This document shows, one piece after another, positions 10,658 to 24,249 of a stretch of DNA of 64,000 nt. The position numbers were made by a program, and so were the translations under genes. Source of the DNA: Paraspadella gotoi. Lineage: Eukaryota > Animalia > Chaetognatha. The notes under the pieces were generated by a model. The model was not told the DNA's origin. It searched no databases and saw only the letters and a program-made list of their open reading frames with translations. Where the stretch lies: NCBI GenBank assembly GCA_051294375.1, contig CM119268.1, positions 3,822,799-3,886,798 of the forward strand, in the 5' to 3' direction. Within the stretch, counting starts at the first letter, position 1; each line of letters opens with the position of its first letter.

Positions 10658-13600
10658 GCCGAAGTAAAGTAGCGATCTCATTGTAGCTAATCCCATAATT
10701 TCAATCTATTTCTGACTCTGAGTTCCATTATCGCCAACCGCCAACCGCCAACCGCCAACCCCGCAGGTTTAAAAACGTTTTCGAGTTTTCCAGACTTTTT
10801 ATACTTTCCTTGTTTATTCTACTCTATTTCCATTTCGAGCTTTAATTCTCGAGACTTGAGCTAATTTTCTCTTCCTTATCATTCTTCGGAAATTCGTCCT
10901 CATACGTTTTCATTAAATGCAAAAAAAAAAGAAAATCTCCGCCCTACTGTATCTTCCTCTCTTTCTCTCCATTTCTCTCCCTTTCTCTCTCCATCTCTCG
11001 CTCCCTCTCCCTCCCTCTTTCTCTCTCCTTCTCTCCCTTTCTCTCTCCATCTCTCCATTTCTCTCCCTTTCTCTCTGTCTCCCTCTCATTACCATTCTCC
11101 CCCGTTCTGTCTACATCTCTCTCTCTCTCTTTACCCATTTTCCATTCTCTTCTCCCTTTATTCCCGCTTCGTTTCATTTTTTCGCAGGTAAAAAGTTATG
11201 CAAATTGTTTCTCTCTTTTTTTATGCGATTCATACGGACTGCGCTTGTTCCTTATTCCAGCGGATTTTTTTGAAAGCTTCATTCGCTTTTTTTTTAATGA
11301 GAGAGACTGACAAAGCTAAACGGATAATAATGGGTTTTTTTTTCATTACTTCTTGGAGAATTAGGCTTTATTTTCCTCAAACGCCTCATTTTAACCTAAA
11401 TGTTCAACTCCAATATTTTAGAAATTACTTAACCCAACCTATAAATCTTATATTTAGCCATAACCTAACCTTATTCCTATTCTTTAAACTTAAAAAATTA
11501 CTTAATTTAGAATTTAAGCTACATTTAAGCTAAAATGAGACGATTTTTAAAAATATGGTGGAGAATTAAACCCTTTCATTTCTTCTCTCACTCGACAAAA
11601 ACTTTTTTCATTCTGTAACTTTTTGCACAAAATTTTAAATTTTCTAAAAACGAAATTACGTTTGTCAGGTTTTTTTTCGATTTTAAAGGTTTTTTTTCTC
11701 GCGATGATTTAAAAGGCCATTTTTGGGCCAAAAAATTATTTACGGTTGAAAACCCAAAATTCCGCCGACCCAGGAGCGAAGAATGACGACGACGACAACG
11801 ACGACGACGACAACGACGACCTGGTGACGCAGCAGTTTTCGCGTGGAATTATTCTCCCCCAAAAAAAGAATTTTTTTCTGAGTCTGAAGGAAAAAAATTT
11901 CACGGTTTTCAACGCTTAAAATCTCCTCTCTCTCTNNNNNNNNNNNNNNNNNNNNNNNNNNNNNNNNNNNNNNNNNNNNNNNNNNNNNNNNNNNNNNNNN
12001 NNNNNNNNNNNNNNNNNNNNNNNNNNNNNNNNNNNNNNNNNNNNNNNNNNNNNNNNNNNNNNNNNNNNNNNNNNNNNNNNNNNNNNNNNNNNNNNNNNNN
12101 NNNNNNNNNNNNNNNNNNNNNNNNNNNNNNNNNNNNNNNNNNNNNNNNNNCCGCCATTTTGAACTCTCCCCAATCTTACTCACCATTTACCAAACTCACT
12201 CTCACGGTTTTTCTCCCTCGAGTTCTATTTATTTCTTATACATTGATTGGATTTTTTTCTTGTGGCGCCATCTCACGGATTCAATTGGTGGACGTGAATG
12301 TCGTTCCCCGGATGTAACTAGAATTGGTTGGATCGCACCCAAAAGTAAATGAGACACATGCGAGTCTAACACGGCCTTGAAAAAAAATGCCTGACCGTTT
12401 AATTTGGACGCAGTTAACCATTTGATAAATTTATAAGAAATTTGATTTATAGTATACCTTAACACTGTTAAGCTCTATAACTAACTGACTTCGACGCTAG
12501 AAGAATGTACATTGTAATTCACCCCCCACCGAAAAAAAAACAAAAAAAAAACAACCAAAAATCTCTAAAAACAAATCGTAAAATCACTGCCAACGATGAA
12601 AAACTTCCAAAAAATAAATTCCTTTTGTTGTTCACCAGCAGCAGATGGTGAACTTAGACAAACTCACAGGGACGAAAAAAANNNNNNNNNNNNNNNNNNN
12701 NNNNNNNNNNNNNNNNNNNNNNNNNNNNNNNNNNNNNNNNNNNNNNNNNNNNNNNNNNNNNNNNNNNNNNNNNNNNNNNNNNNNNNNNNNNNNNNNNNNN
12801 NNNNNNNNNNNNNNNNNNNNNNNNNNNNNNNNNNNNNNNNNNNNNNNNNNNNNNNNNNNNNNNNNNNNNNNNNNNNNNNNNNNNNNNNNNNNNNNNNNNN
12901 NNNNNNNNNNNNNNNNNNNNNNNNNNNNNNNNNNNNNNNNNNNNNNNNNNNNNNNNNNNNNNNGACCGACCGAGCGACAGACAGACCGACCGAGCGACAG
13001 ACATACCGACCTCCCGGGAAGAAAATGAATTTTCGCGAACAAACTCTTCCTCTGGTTGTGATTGGAGGGAAAACTCTGGGAGTTTGCTTTCATCGGAAAA
13101 ATGAATATGGATGCCATTGGGAGGAGGAGGCGGGCGGCGCAATGGGGAAAGGGCGATGTCCCTTTGAAGGTTTCTTTTATACATATATGTGAATATTTTG
13201 TAATTATCTTATGAATTGATTAATAAAAAGTTTATTTAATTGCTTTGTAAATTATTGTTATATCATTTTTAATTTTTTTATAATAAAAAATAAAAAAAAT
13301 AAATTTTTAATCATTAAACTAGATTAACCTTTAATAAATAAGATAGTACTTTTAATTAATTTTAAAATTATACTAGTATTACAGAATAATAAAACCCAAA
13401 AACAGAAAAATGGATTAATAAAAATATGATTAGTAAAAACATAAACATTTATTATATCTTAAATATTAATCAAAAGTTTTATATCATAAACCCAGGTAGT
13501 CCCCTATTTAAAATGATTATATATATTGTATATTATATTATATATATATATTATATATAGTAAACAGATAAACAAATAAGGCTACTAATTAAAAACTGAT

Positions 13601-16600
13601 CAATATAATTTTTTTTAGAGTATTTAAAACTTATTATTAAATTCCCCTTTTTCAGGTTTTAGTAAAACTGTAAAACTGTAAAACTTTTACAGACCATTTT
13701 TTTCCAGACGGTCTTCAAAAAAAGAAATCCCAGAGATTGAATGAGTTTGAGAAACTGAAGGCGGATGAATCAGTGGCGGGTAAGTGAGAAGAAAAGGAAG
13801 AGGAAGAAAAAATGAGAAGGTGAGTCTGCAGGTGAGTGAAGAGATAACTATAAGGAAAAGAAAAGAAAAGAAAAGAGGGTTAAAGACTCAACTCAAGCGG
13901 CAGTGAAGGCAAAATAAACAAAAGAGCAATGAAAATATAAAACATATTTATTTATAAATATAATCATAAATGAAATTAGTACAACCAATATAAAAATTTA
14001 TCCATTCATACAATAAAATAACTATGGCTTGGCGCTGCGTGCGACGTGGTTAGAGAGCAGGAGCGATGAGGAATGATGTATGATGGAGAGGTAGATGGAG
14101 AGACCTTGTGGTTTGTAATCTTTCCAATTCTCAGGATTATATTGATTGAATTCCGCTTGTACCTTTGTTACGGATCCCCTTCACACTTTGGTTAACCTAA
14201 CTCAGATTTAGATTAAATATTTTTTAGGATTTTTATAATACATAAAGTGATTTTACTGACCAATGTAGATTTACAAATTAATAAAAAGTATTAAACACGG
14301 TATTTTAAAATCTAAAAAAGTAAAAAATTTCATAATGTTGATCGCTATTATCAAATTATATGATAAATATTCTCACCGGATGAAGAGAAAAGTTCAAAAT
14401 GGAAGAGAAGAAGGGAAAGATGAAAAGAGAACAAAGAGAATCAAGGAGGAAGGGAGGAAGAAGAGGAGGTTTGTTTTTCCTTTCGGTCGAATCCCCGCCG
14501 TCGTCGATATTCGCCTTATTTGGGTCTATTTCCTCTCGATGCCGCCCGCGGCGAGAATGATGAGGGGGGGAGTAGGGGGGGGAGTGAAGAGGAAGGGAAG
14601 GAAAAGGGGAAGAAAGAGAAGAGAAGCGATGATAAGAATGAGAAGTGAAATAAGAGGGAAATCTAAGAAGGAAATGAAACGGTTGTGTGAATGAATATTT
14701 TTTAACTTGTCCAATGTCCAATGTCCAGCTGGATCGATTAGCGAATTAAGCTCTACCTCTCGAATTTTCCTATGCTTTATTAAGTGCAGATTACGAAAAT
14801 TATAAAAAAAATTTCATTAATTTAAAAATCAAGCGCCTTCGTATAAATTCGAACTCGGATTTGAGAATCCGGTGCTCCGATCATTCGATTCATGCGAAAT
14901 GAATTCTCCTTTCTCCACGAGATCCGATTGACCAATCAGAGCGCAGTATTTTGCGTCATTAATTTTCTCTTAAATTGACCGGCGATCAAGGAAAGCTCAA
15001 GCGAATGAAAGCTCAAGCGATCAAGGAAACTCTGAGGCTTTTTATTTTTTAATTTAGGTATAATTTAATTAAAATTAAAATTTAGCATAAAATATTATTA
15101 GACTAATAAAGATATTTAATTTAATTATTATTTTCATTCGATGAATACAAATTTTTGTACGGTTGAGTCAATTTCTTGCTTTTTCAAAATTATACCTCGT
15201 TTTGACGAGCTCCAAATAAAGGTGAATTACCATTGCATATTGATATTTATACCATATCATAAGAATATAAACAATTTCGTTAAGAACTCAAAGAAATTCC
15301 CTTAATAATATAAACATTCAAACTTTCGGCCATTCATTAAATATTTACTCTCTCTCACCGTCTACATCATTATTAAATCTAAGGTCACGAAGTCGATTCC
15401 TCCGTTGTTTATTATTTAAAATATATATATATATATATATACATCAACAGTCAAGGAATTGCAGCCTCTCTTAAACAAAATTTTTTTTTAGAGAAGTTAA
15501 TTAATTATTATTTTTCGGTTATCTGTTATCTATCTGTTATCTATTATTTTTATATTTTGAAAATCTCTTTAAAATGAAATAATGAATAAATAAGTCATAT
15601 CTTTACAAATACAAATCAAGCTTCAAGCAAATATACGATTAGACTAGGAAGAATTCTTTAGGAAAAAGTGTTTATCTGTGGGATTTGACATATCTAAGGT
15701 ATTTAACAATATCGCGGTCAGCAGACGAAGTACTTCTAAAAAAATGGAAAATCTTGTTCAAAAATATGATGTTTCCACTTCTTTAAGTTTTAAATAATTT
15801 TTTATTCTTTTTCCTTTAACAATGAAACTTAAAAATATTCATATAATAAAAATAAGATGTTTTCTTTAAACAAGTAAAGACCAAATTAAAAAGTAAAGTA
15901 AGGTTAGATTACTTTTCCTGTAAAATCAGGTTGCAGAAAAGTGATTAATTGATCTTGTTGGAACCTGGTGCTGAACTGATTCGTGAAGCAAAATTGAAAC
16001 ATTAAAAGTTGCAGGCTGGCCAAGTGGCCATTGTGCTAGACTCCTGTTGACACTTATTGAAATAATATATAAAAATAANNNNNNNNNNNNNNNNNNNNNN
16101 NNNNNNNNNNNNNNNNNNNNNNNNNNNNNNNNNNNNNNNNNNNNNNNNNNNNNNNNNNNNNNNNNNNNNNNNNNNNNNNNNNNNNNNNNNNNNNNNNNNN
16201 NNNNNNNNNNNNNNNNNNNNNNNNNNNNNNNNNNNNNNNNNNNNNNNNNNNNNNNNNNNNNNNNNNNNNNNNNNNNNNNNNNNNNNNNNNNNNNNNNNNN
16301 NNNNNNNNNNNNNNNNNNNNNNNNNNNNNNNNNNNNNNNNNNNNNNNNNNNNNNNNNNNNNNNNNNNNNNNNNNNNNNNNNNNNNNNNNNNNNNNNNNNN
16401 NNNNNNNNNNNNNNNNNNNNNNNNNNNNNNNNNNNNNNNNNNNNNNNNNNNNNNNNNNNNNNNNNNNNNNNNNNNNNNNNNNNNNNNNNNNNNNNNNNNN
16501 NNNNNNNNNNNNNNNNNNNNNNNNNNNNNNNNNNNNNNNNNNNNNNNNNNNNNNNNNNNNNNNNNNNNNNNNNNNNNNNNNNNNNNNNNNNNNNNNNNNN

Positions 16601-18173
16601 NNNNNNNNNNNNNNNNNNNNNNNNNNNNNNNNNNNNNNNNNNNNNNNNNNNNNNNNNNNNNNNNNNNNNNNNNNNNNNNNNNNNNNNNNNNNNNNNNNNN
16701 NNNNNNNNNNNNNNNNNNNNNNNNNNNNNNNNNNNNNNNNNNNNGTAGTAGAAGAAAAGACAAGGGAATGAGATTACGAGAGAAAGAAGAGAGATATGTG
16801 GAGTAAAAGAGAAGCTTATTTGAATACCAACATTTTTTCGTGACTGATCAAAAATGGGTGATCGAATTCTCCAAAGATAAAAAAGTCGTTGTACATCAAG
16901 TTGCGCCCAAGTTTTCACACTGATTAAGGTCTGAAAGCAATACCGAAACATACCCGACCTGTTTTTTTTTTTTATCATATTGAATCAGATTGAATTTTAC
17001 AATTAAGTTCAACTGTAAAATTATTTCATTGATGAAAAAGTAACTTTAAAGAATCGTTTCAGTACTTTTTTGACTAACCAGTGTTTTTTTAGCTTTTGGT
17101 CTTGTCGTAATTTTGCAAAAAGTCTATTTTTGTAATTCTTTCAGAATGAGCAGCGATGTTAAAAAGCGTATGCAGCAAGTTTGCGGATCAACTAAATTTT
17201 CTTTCCTACTTCGAAATTCGGAACAATTTCGTTTCAATTGGCCAGCAAAGACAACTACATCAGAAGTTATTTTTCTCTAATCTCCTCTCTACTTTTCTGC
17301 TACATTTCTATTCTTCACTCTTTTTTTCTGCTACTTCTCTATTTGCCTCTCTACTTTTCTGCTACTTCTTTGTTCTTCTCTCAACCTTTTTGCTACTTAT
17401 CTATTCTCCCATCTCTTTTCAAAGAAAACCAAGAAGAGAGGCATTTCGTCATAATTTCGACTGAACGAGTTTGTCTGCTGAGAACAGAAGAGAGAGAAAG
17501 AGAGAGAAAGAGAGAGTAAGAGAGAGAAAGAAAGAGAGAGGGGGAGAGAGAGAGAGAGCTTTCCGAAATTTCTATCCATTGAGATTTTTTTTTCTTCTGG
17601 AGCTGAAAGCTCACGATTATGAGGAGAGAAGCATAGAGAATAAGTAAGACATGAGAAAGGAGAAAAGCCATAAACAAGATGCATTAGGAACCGGGATAGT
17701 TTCATGCTTTTTTTGCTTTTTCTAGCTTTTCTCTTCTTTTTTTGGTTGGTGATCTGAGGCTCGGCTTTATATCTCTGCTGTTCATCGAACTGAGAGACTT
17801 TTGTCTATTCAACCTGAAATTGCTTATCGGTATTTTATATACATAAAGAAAGAAACATTAAACAATGATACTTTACTAAAAAAGGTTTGATAAAGTTAAT
17901 ATTAAGATACAATCACTGATGCAGAAGAATATAACCTTTTTTTTTACATTTTTTTTCTGATAATTCTCCATTTTTAATCTGTGAGATGTTAGATTAGTCT
18001 TTAAGAATTCATACCGTTAGAGACGTTACTAGCTAACGTGTCAATCGTAAATTGTAAACTTGATTATTTAAGAGTTAAGACACTATAAAGATTATTGTAT
18101 AATATATATATATAAAACTGACTATAGACGTTACTTACGTAGTAGTGTGGTGCAGTCGTATGAGTCGACGAGT

Positions 18174-21100
18174 CAGTGACTCGAGCTCGTCAACGTTATT
18201 ACAAGAATCACTTCTTTCTCCTTCCTTGTTTATTTTCAGTCTCGTTTTTTTTAATTGTTTTCTTCTTCTTCTCCAAAATTTTATCGACGAAACAAAAAAA
18301 AAAAACAAAAACAAAACAACGAGTCTTCGTCGTCTTTAAAAAAAAGGAACGGACGCCGACGTCTCGAAAAAAAGGACGCCGCTGTGCGAAAAGGCGCTGA
18401 TTTGTGGCGCGTAAAGAGGGGCGGCGCTAACAGAGACGAGTTTAACACCCCCCTTCAACTCCCCCCTCTAGCGATGTCGCCGATGTGGAGGCGGACAGAA
18501 ATATGGCGATTTTAGCTTGCATTACTATAAATCACGCTTTATACTGTATGTCATTGAATAAACTAGTCGGAAAAAACTTTTTAAAAATAGTCGAACTAAA
18601 TTATAGGTTAATTTGCATCTTAAAATCAACAAAATATGTAGTTATTTAGTAGTAATTTAGTATAAACATGATTTATTAAAGGACAACATTGATACATTAA
18701 GCTAAATTACTATTCATACCTCTTTAAATATTTGCAGTCTGTGAGACTTTTATTTTTTTATTTATTTAATATTTTTTAAAACAGTCTCCTTATCTCCAAA
18801 AATATTTTCTCCTTTCGTATTGTGCTGAGTGCTATGTCTTTCATTATTTTCCACCCAAAATTTTGTATACTTTACCCCGTATTCACCACCTTCTCCAACC
18901 CCCTCACCCCTCCCACCCCCCCAAATCGAACCCCCTCTCACGATTTTCGTGAATTCTCTTATAGTAGACGAGAATCTCCCTTAAAAAAAAATTCAACATT
19001 TTTTAATGAGAGTTTCGTTAAATTAGGTACAAATTGCAAACGAGATTGCCAGAAATTCGGATAAAAACAGGTTGTAAAAACACACGATTCCGATAGCATT
19101 ATATCTTAGAAGCTAGCAAATTCGTCTTATGGCATTTGATAAGGATTTAATATCAAAACAGCCAGGGGAAATGCACTAGTCATCTCCGGAGAATTTCAAG
19201 CCTTGTTTTTAATATAGAAATGAACGGAAGATTGTTGTTTCGAAAATTGTAAAGCGGGGCTAGGGTATGTTAACATTATAAATATTACTTGAATTATGAG
19301 ATTTAGAAAGCCTCTTGTCTCAAGACTTGCAAATCCTTTTCATTATTGACCAAACTCTTCATATTAACCAACGTGGTAAAGTCCATTGGTCTGGTTTGAC
19401 AAAATGAATTTTTATTTAATAAGAAATTAAAGAAGGTTGAGAGAAAAAACTGGATTTTTCCTGATATTCTTTTGAAGGAACAAAAGATACAGGATGGCAA
19501 TAGTACCAAAATGAAGCCATAATCATTGGGCACATACAAGTTACAATATTGAATTATTTTTGCTGAAACTCTTTACAGGGCGAGTGTCAAACTAAGTCAA
19601 AATTATAATGCATTTTAAAACTAATGAAACCCCATAAAAATAAATGAAAATTAATTCTTTTTAGTGATTCTGAAAGAAAAAGGCTATTGTACTCTAGTAA
19701 AACTTTAAAGTTTTTGGATAAAGAAATATAATTTTTATTTAACTTAAATATTTGCTTGTCTGATATTAAGGCATGTTTACAAAATTTTACAAATATTATT
19801 CACCCCATCACAGCCTAAGTATTTATCTTTCTTTTCCACCAGCAAAAAGTAAACATTATTTTATTGCGAGACAACAGGGATGTTTACTGAAATGAGCCGG
19901 AATACATTCAACTTGTTCACTTTACTGTCATTTTTCAATAATAAAATAGGCGAATTTTTTAATTATTTAACTCTCACAGGCTTCACAAGACATTATACTT
20001 TCATAATATCCAATGTTATGTAATTCATTATATTTTTTTACCCAGAAATTATAAAATAATAGAAAGTTATGGATTCCTTTTGTCGAAAAAAAAATTAACT
20101 AGCGGATTAAAGTTTTAATAGGAAGTCAGAATCGGCGAAAATCTTAAAGGGGAAAATGTTGAAAAAAGGAGAGGAATTTTGTTGTTTTTGTGTCGATTTC
20201 TTCTAAAACCCATGGGCCAATTTAGACGTAACTTAAGATTTACATTATTCCAGTCATTCTCTATCCAAAAATATAAAAAGATTATGAAAAAAGGTTTGGG
20301 ATCGAGTTTAGGAATTTGGTTTACTTATAGATCCAATCGATAAATCGGATATTCCTTTTGACCAAATTACATACGGATTTTCGTAAAAAGTTACATCCTG
20401 GGTCACGTCGTTGCGGGGTCAAAGGTGGGGTGTTTAGACATGGGAGGGAGGATAGGGGGCAGAAAGAAAGGGGGGAGTGGAATCTAGAAGTCGAAATTCG
20501 TCAAAAGAAATGAGTTTATTTGGGAAAGACGATGATTGGACGTCGATGAGAAGCGACGACGACGACGACGACGACTGAGATGATATCGACGAAAAAGATG
20601 ATCGATAATCGATGACATGATACAGACGAAGGCGACGACGACTGTCGCAGCGAAAGTGTGAAAGACAATGTTTCCAATTAAGAAACAAATTAATGTTTAT
20701 GTTAAAATGTTAAAGATTGTAATTATGGATTAGGTTGAGATCAGGGTTTAGTGTTTAGGTTACCAAAATTTGGACAGGGATTAAGATGAGAGAATAAAGA
20801 AGGACATAATAAAACCATAAAAGCAATAAAAACAATGAAAAAACCAAAAAAATAAAATGGCGACGAGGACGACGAAGAAGAAGAAAGAAGATATCGAGAG
20901 AAACTCGGAAAAACCCGCGTTCGCTTTTCGATGTCGAAACGCGAGACCCTCATCTAAATTTAGACGATTTTTTTCTTTTTTTTTTCAGATTGAATTTGTC
21001 AGATGAAATTTTCATGTGGAAAGTCAGATCGATGCGCGAGCCTTTGCATGACATCGAGGATTATTTTTAGTCGCGTCGTTACGTAGCATAGAGACAAAAA

Positions 21101-23235
21101 TGCGTTACTCAAAAAGGTTTCATTGTTTGAATCGCGTTTTTTCGGAGCTCGAATGAGGAAGAAGCCGAGAAGAGGAAAAGGTGGAAGAGGAGCAGCCGTA
21201 GGATAAACAGCAGGAAGGAGGAAGAGAAAAAGGAGGAAGAGGATAAGCAGCAGAAGAAGTAGCCGGCGAAGCCGAAGGAGGAAGACAAAGATATTTTTAT
21301 ACCGAATTTAAATTCGGTCAACGAAGATTTTTTTTACTTTCTAAAACAAGATCCCGTTTCGCAATAAATCGTGGTGTTTTGACTTGATTTCTTTGTTGCT
21401 AAACTTTTTTCTTTCTTTTTCTTTACCTTTGACGGAACTACTTAGTTTTGTTTCCTTTTCAATCGATCTCTAAAAACGCTCAATTTTAACCCAAAAAAAA
21501 TATTTCTTCTTGATGCTATTCTTTTCCAAACAGACTAAAAGGTAGACTAAAAAGTGACTCAAGCCGTGACTAAAAACTGTAATTGTAAGGTGCAAGGATT
21601 CACTGAGATGGAAAAAATAGAAAGAAATTAAGAATATTTAAAATAAAATAGAAAATCGTAAGAAAAATGGACAAAATGGACAAAATAAAAAAAGTTTGAA
21701 AAAACAAAAGGGCGTGAGGCGGCGGCGGAACATGCGTCGGCGGCGGAGAGTGCGGCGGCGGATGAAGAGGAGGTGGAGGTGGGGCAGCGGCTGCGGCTGC
21801 AGCGGCGGCAGTTGTGGAGATGGAGGCGGCGTCTAGAAATCGTGATAAATGGGGAAGAAAAACAGGAACGATTTTCCGCTAATTTCGCGATAACCGGATC
21901 TCAGCGTGAATCGATTTGGGATCATGAAGTTGGGAGAAAGAGAAGGAGGAGGAATAGGAGGAGGAGGAAGANNNNNNNNNNGTCAGTGACTCGAGCTCGT
22001 CAACGTTATTCACAGAACTCACTTCTTTCTCCTTCCTTGTTTATTTTCAGTCTCGTTTTTTAAAAATTGTTTTCTTCTTCTTCTCCAAAATTTATCGACG
22101 AAACAAAAAAAAAAACAAAAACAAAACAACGAGTCTTCGTCGTCCTTTAAAAAAAAAGGACGACGACGCCGACGTCTCAAAAAAAAGGACGCCGCTGTCG
22201 AAAAGGCGCTGATTTGTGGCGCCGTAAAGAGGGCGGCGCTAACAGAGACGAGTTTAACACCCCCCCTTCAACTCCCCCCTCTAGCGGATGTCGCCGATGG
22301 TAGGAGGCGGACAGAAATATGGCGATTTTAGGCTTGCCATTACTATAAATCACGCTTTATACTTGTATGTCCATTATTGAATAACTAGTCGGAAAAAAAC
22401 TTTTTAAAAATAGTCGAACTAAATTATTAGGTAATTTGCATCTTAAAATCAACAAAATATGTAGTTATTTAGTAGTAATTTAGTATAAACATGATTTAAT
22501 AAAGGACAACATTGATACATTAAGCTAAATTACTATTCATACCTCTTTTAAATATTTGCAGCTCTGTGAGACTTTTATTTTTTATTTATTTAATATTTTT
22601 TAAAACAGTTTCTTATCTCCAAAATATTTTCTCCTTTCTGTATTCTGCTAAGTGCTACCGTCTTTCATTTATTTTCCACCCAAAATTTTTTGTATACTTT
22701 ACCCNNNNNNNNNNNNNNNNNNNNNNNNNNNNNNNNNNNNNNNNNNNNNNNNNNNNNNNNNNNNNNNNNNNNNNNNNNNNNNNNNNNNNNNNNNNNNNNN
22801 NNNNNNNNNNNNNNNNNNNNNNNNNNNNNNNNNNNNNNNNNNNNNNNNNNNNNNNNNNNNNNNNNNNNNNNNNNNNNNNNNNNNNNNNNNNNNNNNNNNN
22901 NNNNNNNNNNNNNNNNNNNNNNNNNNNNNNNNNNNNNNNNNNNNNNNNNNNNNNNNNNNNNNNNNNNNNNNNNNNNNNNNNNNNNNNNNNNNNNNNNNNN
23001 NNNNNNNNNNNNNNNNNNNNNNNNNNNNNNNNNNNNNNNNNNNNNNNNNNNNNNNNNNNNNNNNNNNNNNNNNNNNNNNNNNNNNACGACGACTGAGATG
23101 ATATCGACGAAAAAGATGATCGATAATCGATGACATGATACAGACGAAGGCGACGACGACTGTCGCAGCGAAAGTGTGAAAGACAATGTTTAAACAATTA
23201 AGAAACAAATTAATGTTTATGTTAAAATGTTAAAC
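18174..23235. repeat. Direct duplication: 18174-18877 recurs at 21982-22704, and 20565-20715 recurs at 23086-23235
   Basis: Near-identical sequence with indels, bounded by N-gaps. Probably an assembly or haplotype duplication. Confidence 0.85.
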
Positions 23236-24192
23236 GTAATATTCTAATCTTATTAACCCTAATCAATACACGCCTAAGTCCTTAAACATAATCCCAAACC
23301 GTTAATCTTTAAACATAGTAATCCTTAAACCTTTGCCTAAAAAAAAATAACCTCCTTTCAAAATATAAGACGATTATGGGCCGGGGCTTCGGAAAATAAG
23401 CGCCCCTAAACTCTCCAGCCTCCAGTAATAGTCTCTTGCCTTTCGCAGTCCTCTGTATATCTATTTTCTACTTGTCCCCTTTTCTATTTCTCATTTATCA
23501 TCTTTAAATCTCTCAAAGACTTTCCTTTTGATTCCTTTCCCCTCCTCTCCTTCCTTTCCTCCCTTTTCCTCTTACTTCTCTTCTCCCAACTTCATGATCC
23601 CAAATCGATTCACGCTGAGATCCGGTTATCGCGAAATTAGCGGAAAAATCGCTCCTGTTTTTCTTCCCATTTATCACGATTTCTAGACGCCGCCTCCATC
23701 TCCACAACTGCCGCCGCTGCAGCCCGCAGCCGACTGCCCCACCTCCACCTCCTCTTCAATCGCCGCCGCACTCTCCGCACCAGCACGACGCATGTTCCGC
23801 CCGCCGCCACGCCCTTGTTTTTCCTTTGTCCATTTGTCCTATTTCTTCTTGATTTTTATTTTATTTTAAATATTCTTAATTTTCTTTCTATTTTTCCATC
23901 TCAGTGAATTCCTTGCACCTTACAATTACAGTTTTTAGTCACGGTCTTGAGTCACTTTTTAGTTCTACCTTTTAGATCTGTTTGGAAAAGACAAAGAATC
24001 AAGAAGAAATATTTTTTTGCGCGTTAAAATTGAGCGTTTTAGAGATGATCGATTGAAAAGCCGAAAACAAAACTAAGTAGTTCCGCTCAAAGGCTAAAGA
24101 AAAAGAAAGAAAAAAGTTAGCCAACAAAGAAATCAATGTCAACAACACCACGATTTATTAGGAAAAACGGTCCTGTCTTGAAGTAAAAAATC
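21325..24192. repeat. Inverted duplication 21325-21940 / 23578-24192
   Basis: For example TCAGCGTGAATCGATTTGGGATCATGAAGTTGGGAGAA at 21901 is reverse-complemented at 23581. The second arm is indel-rich. Confidence 0.85.
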
Positions 24193-24249
24193 TACTTTAC
24201 GAATAATCGTGGGCCGGAAAAATATTCAGAGGCTCTATTTCAGAGCAGT

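Noticed and set aside
18174-24192. Direct plus inverted duplications as LTRs or TIRs of a transposon
   Set aside because: The boundaries coincide with N-gaps, and no internal transposon coding sequence, PBS or target-site duplication is visible.
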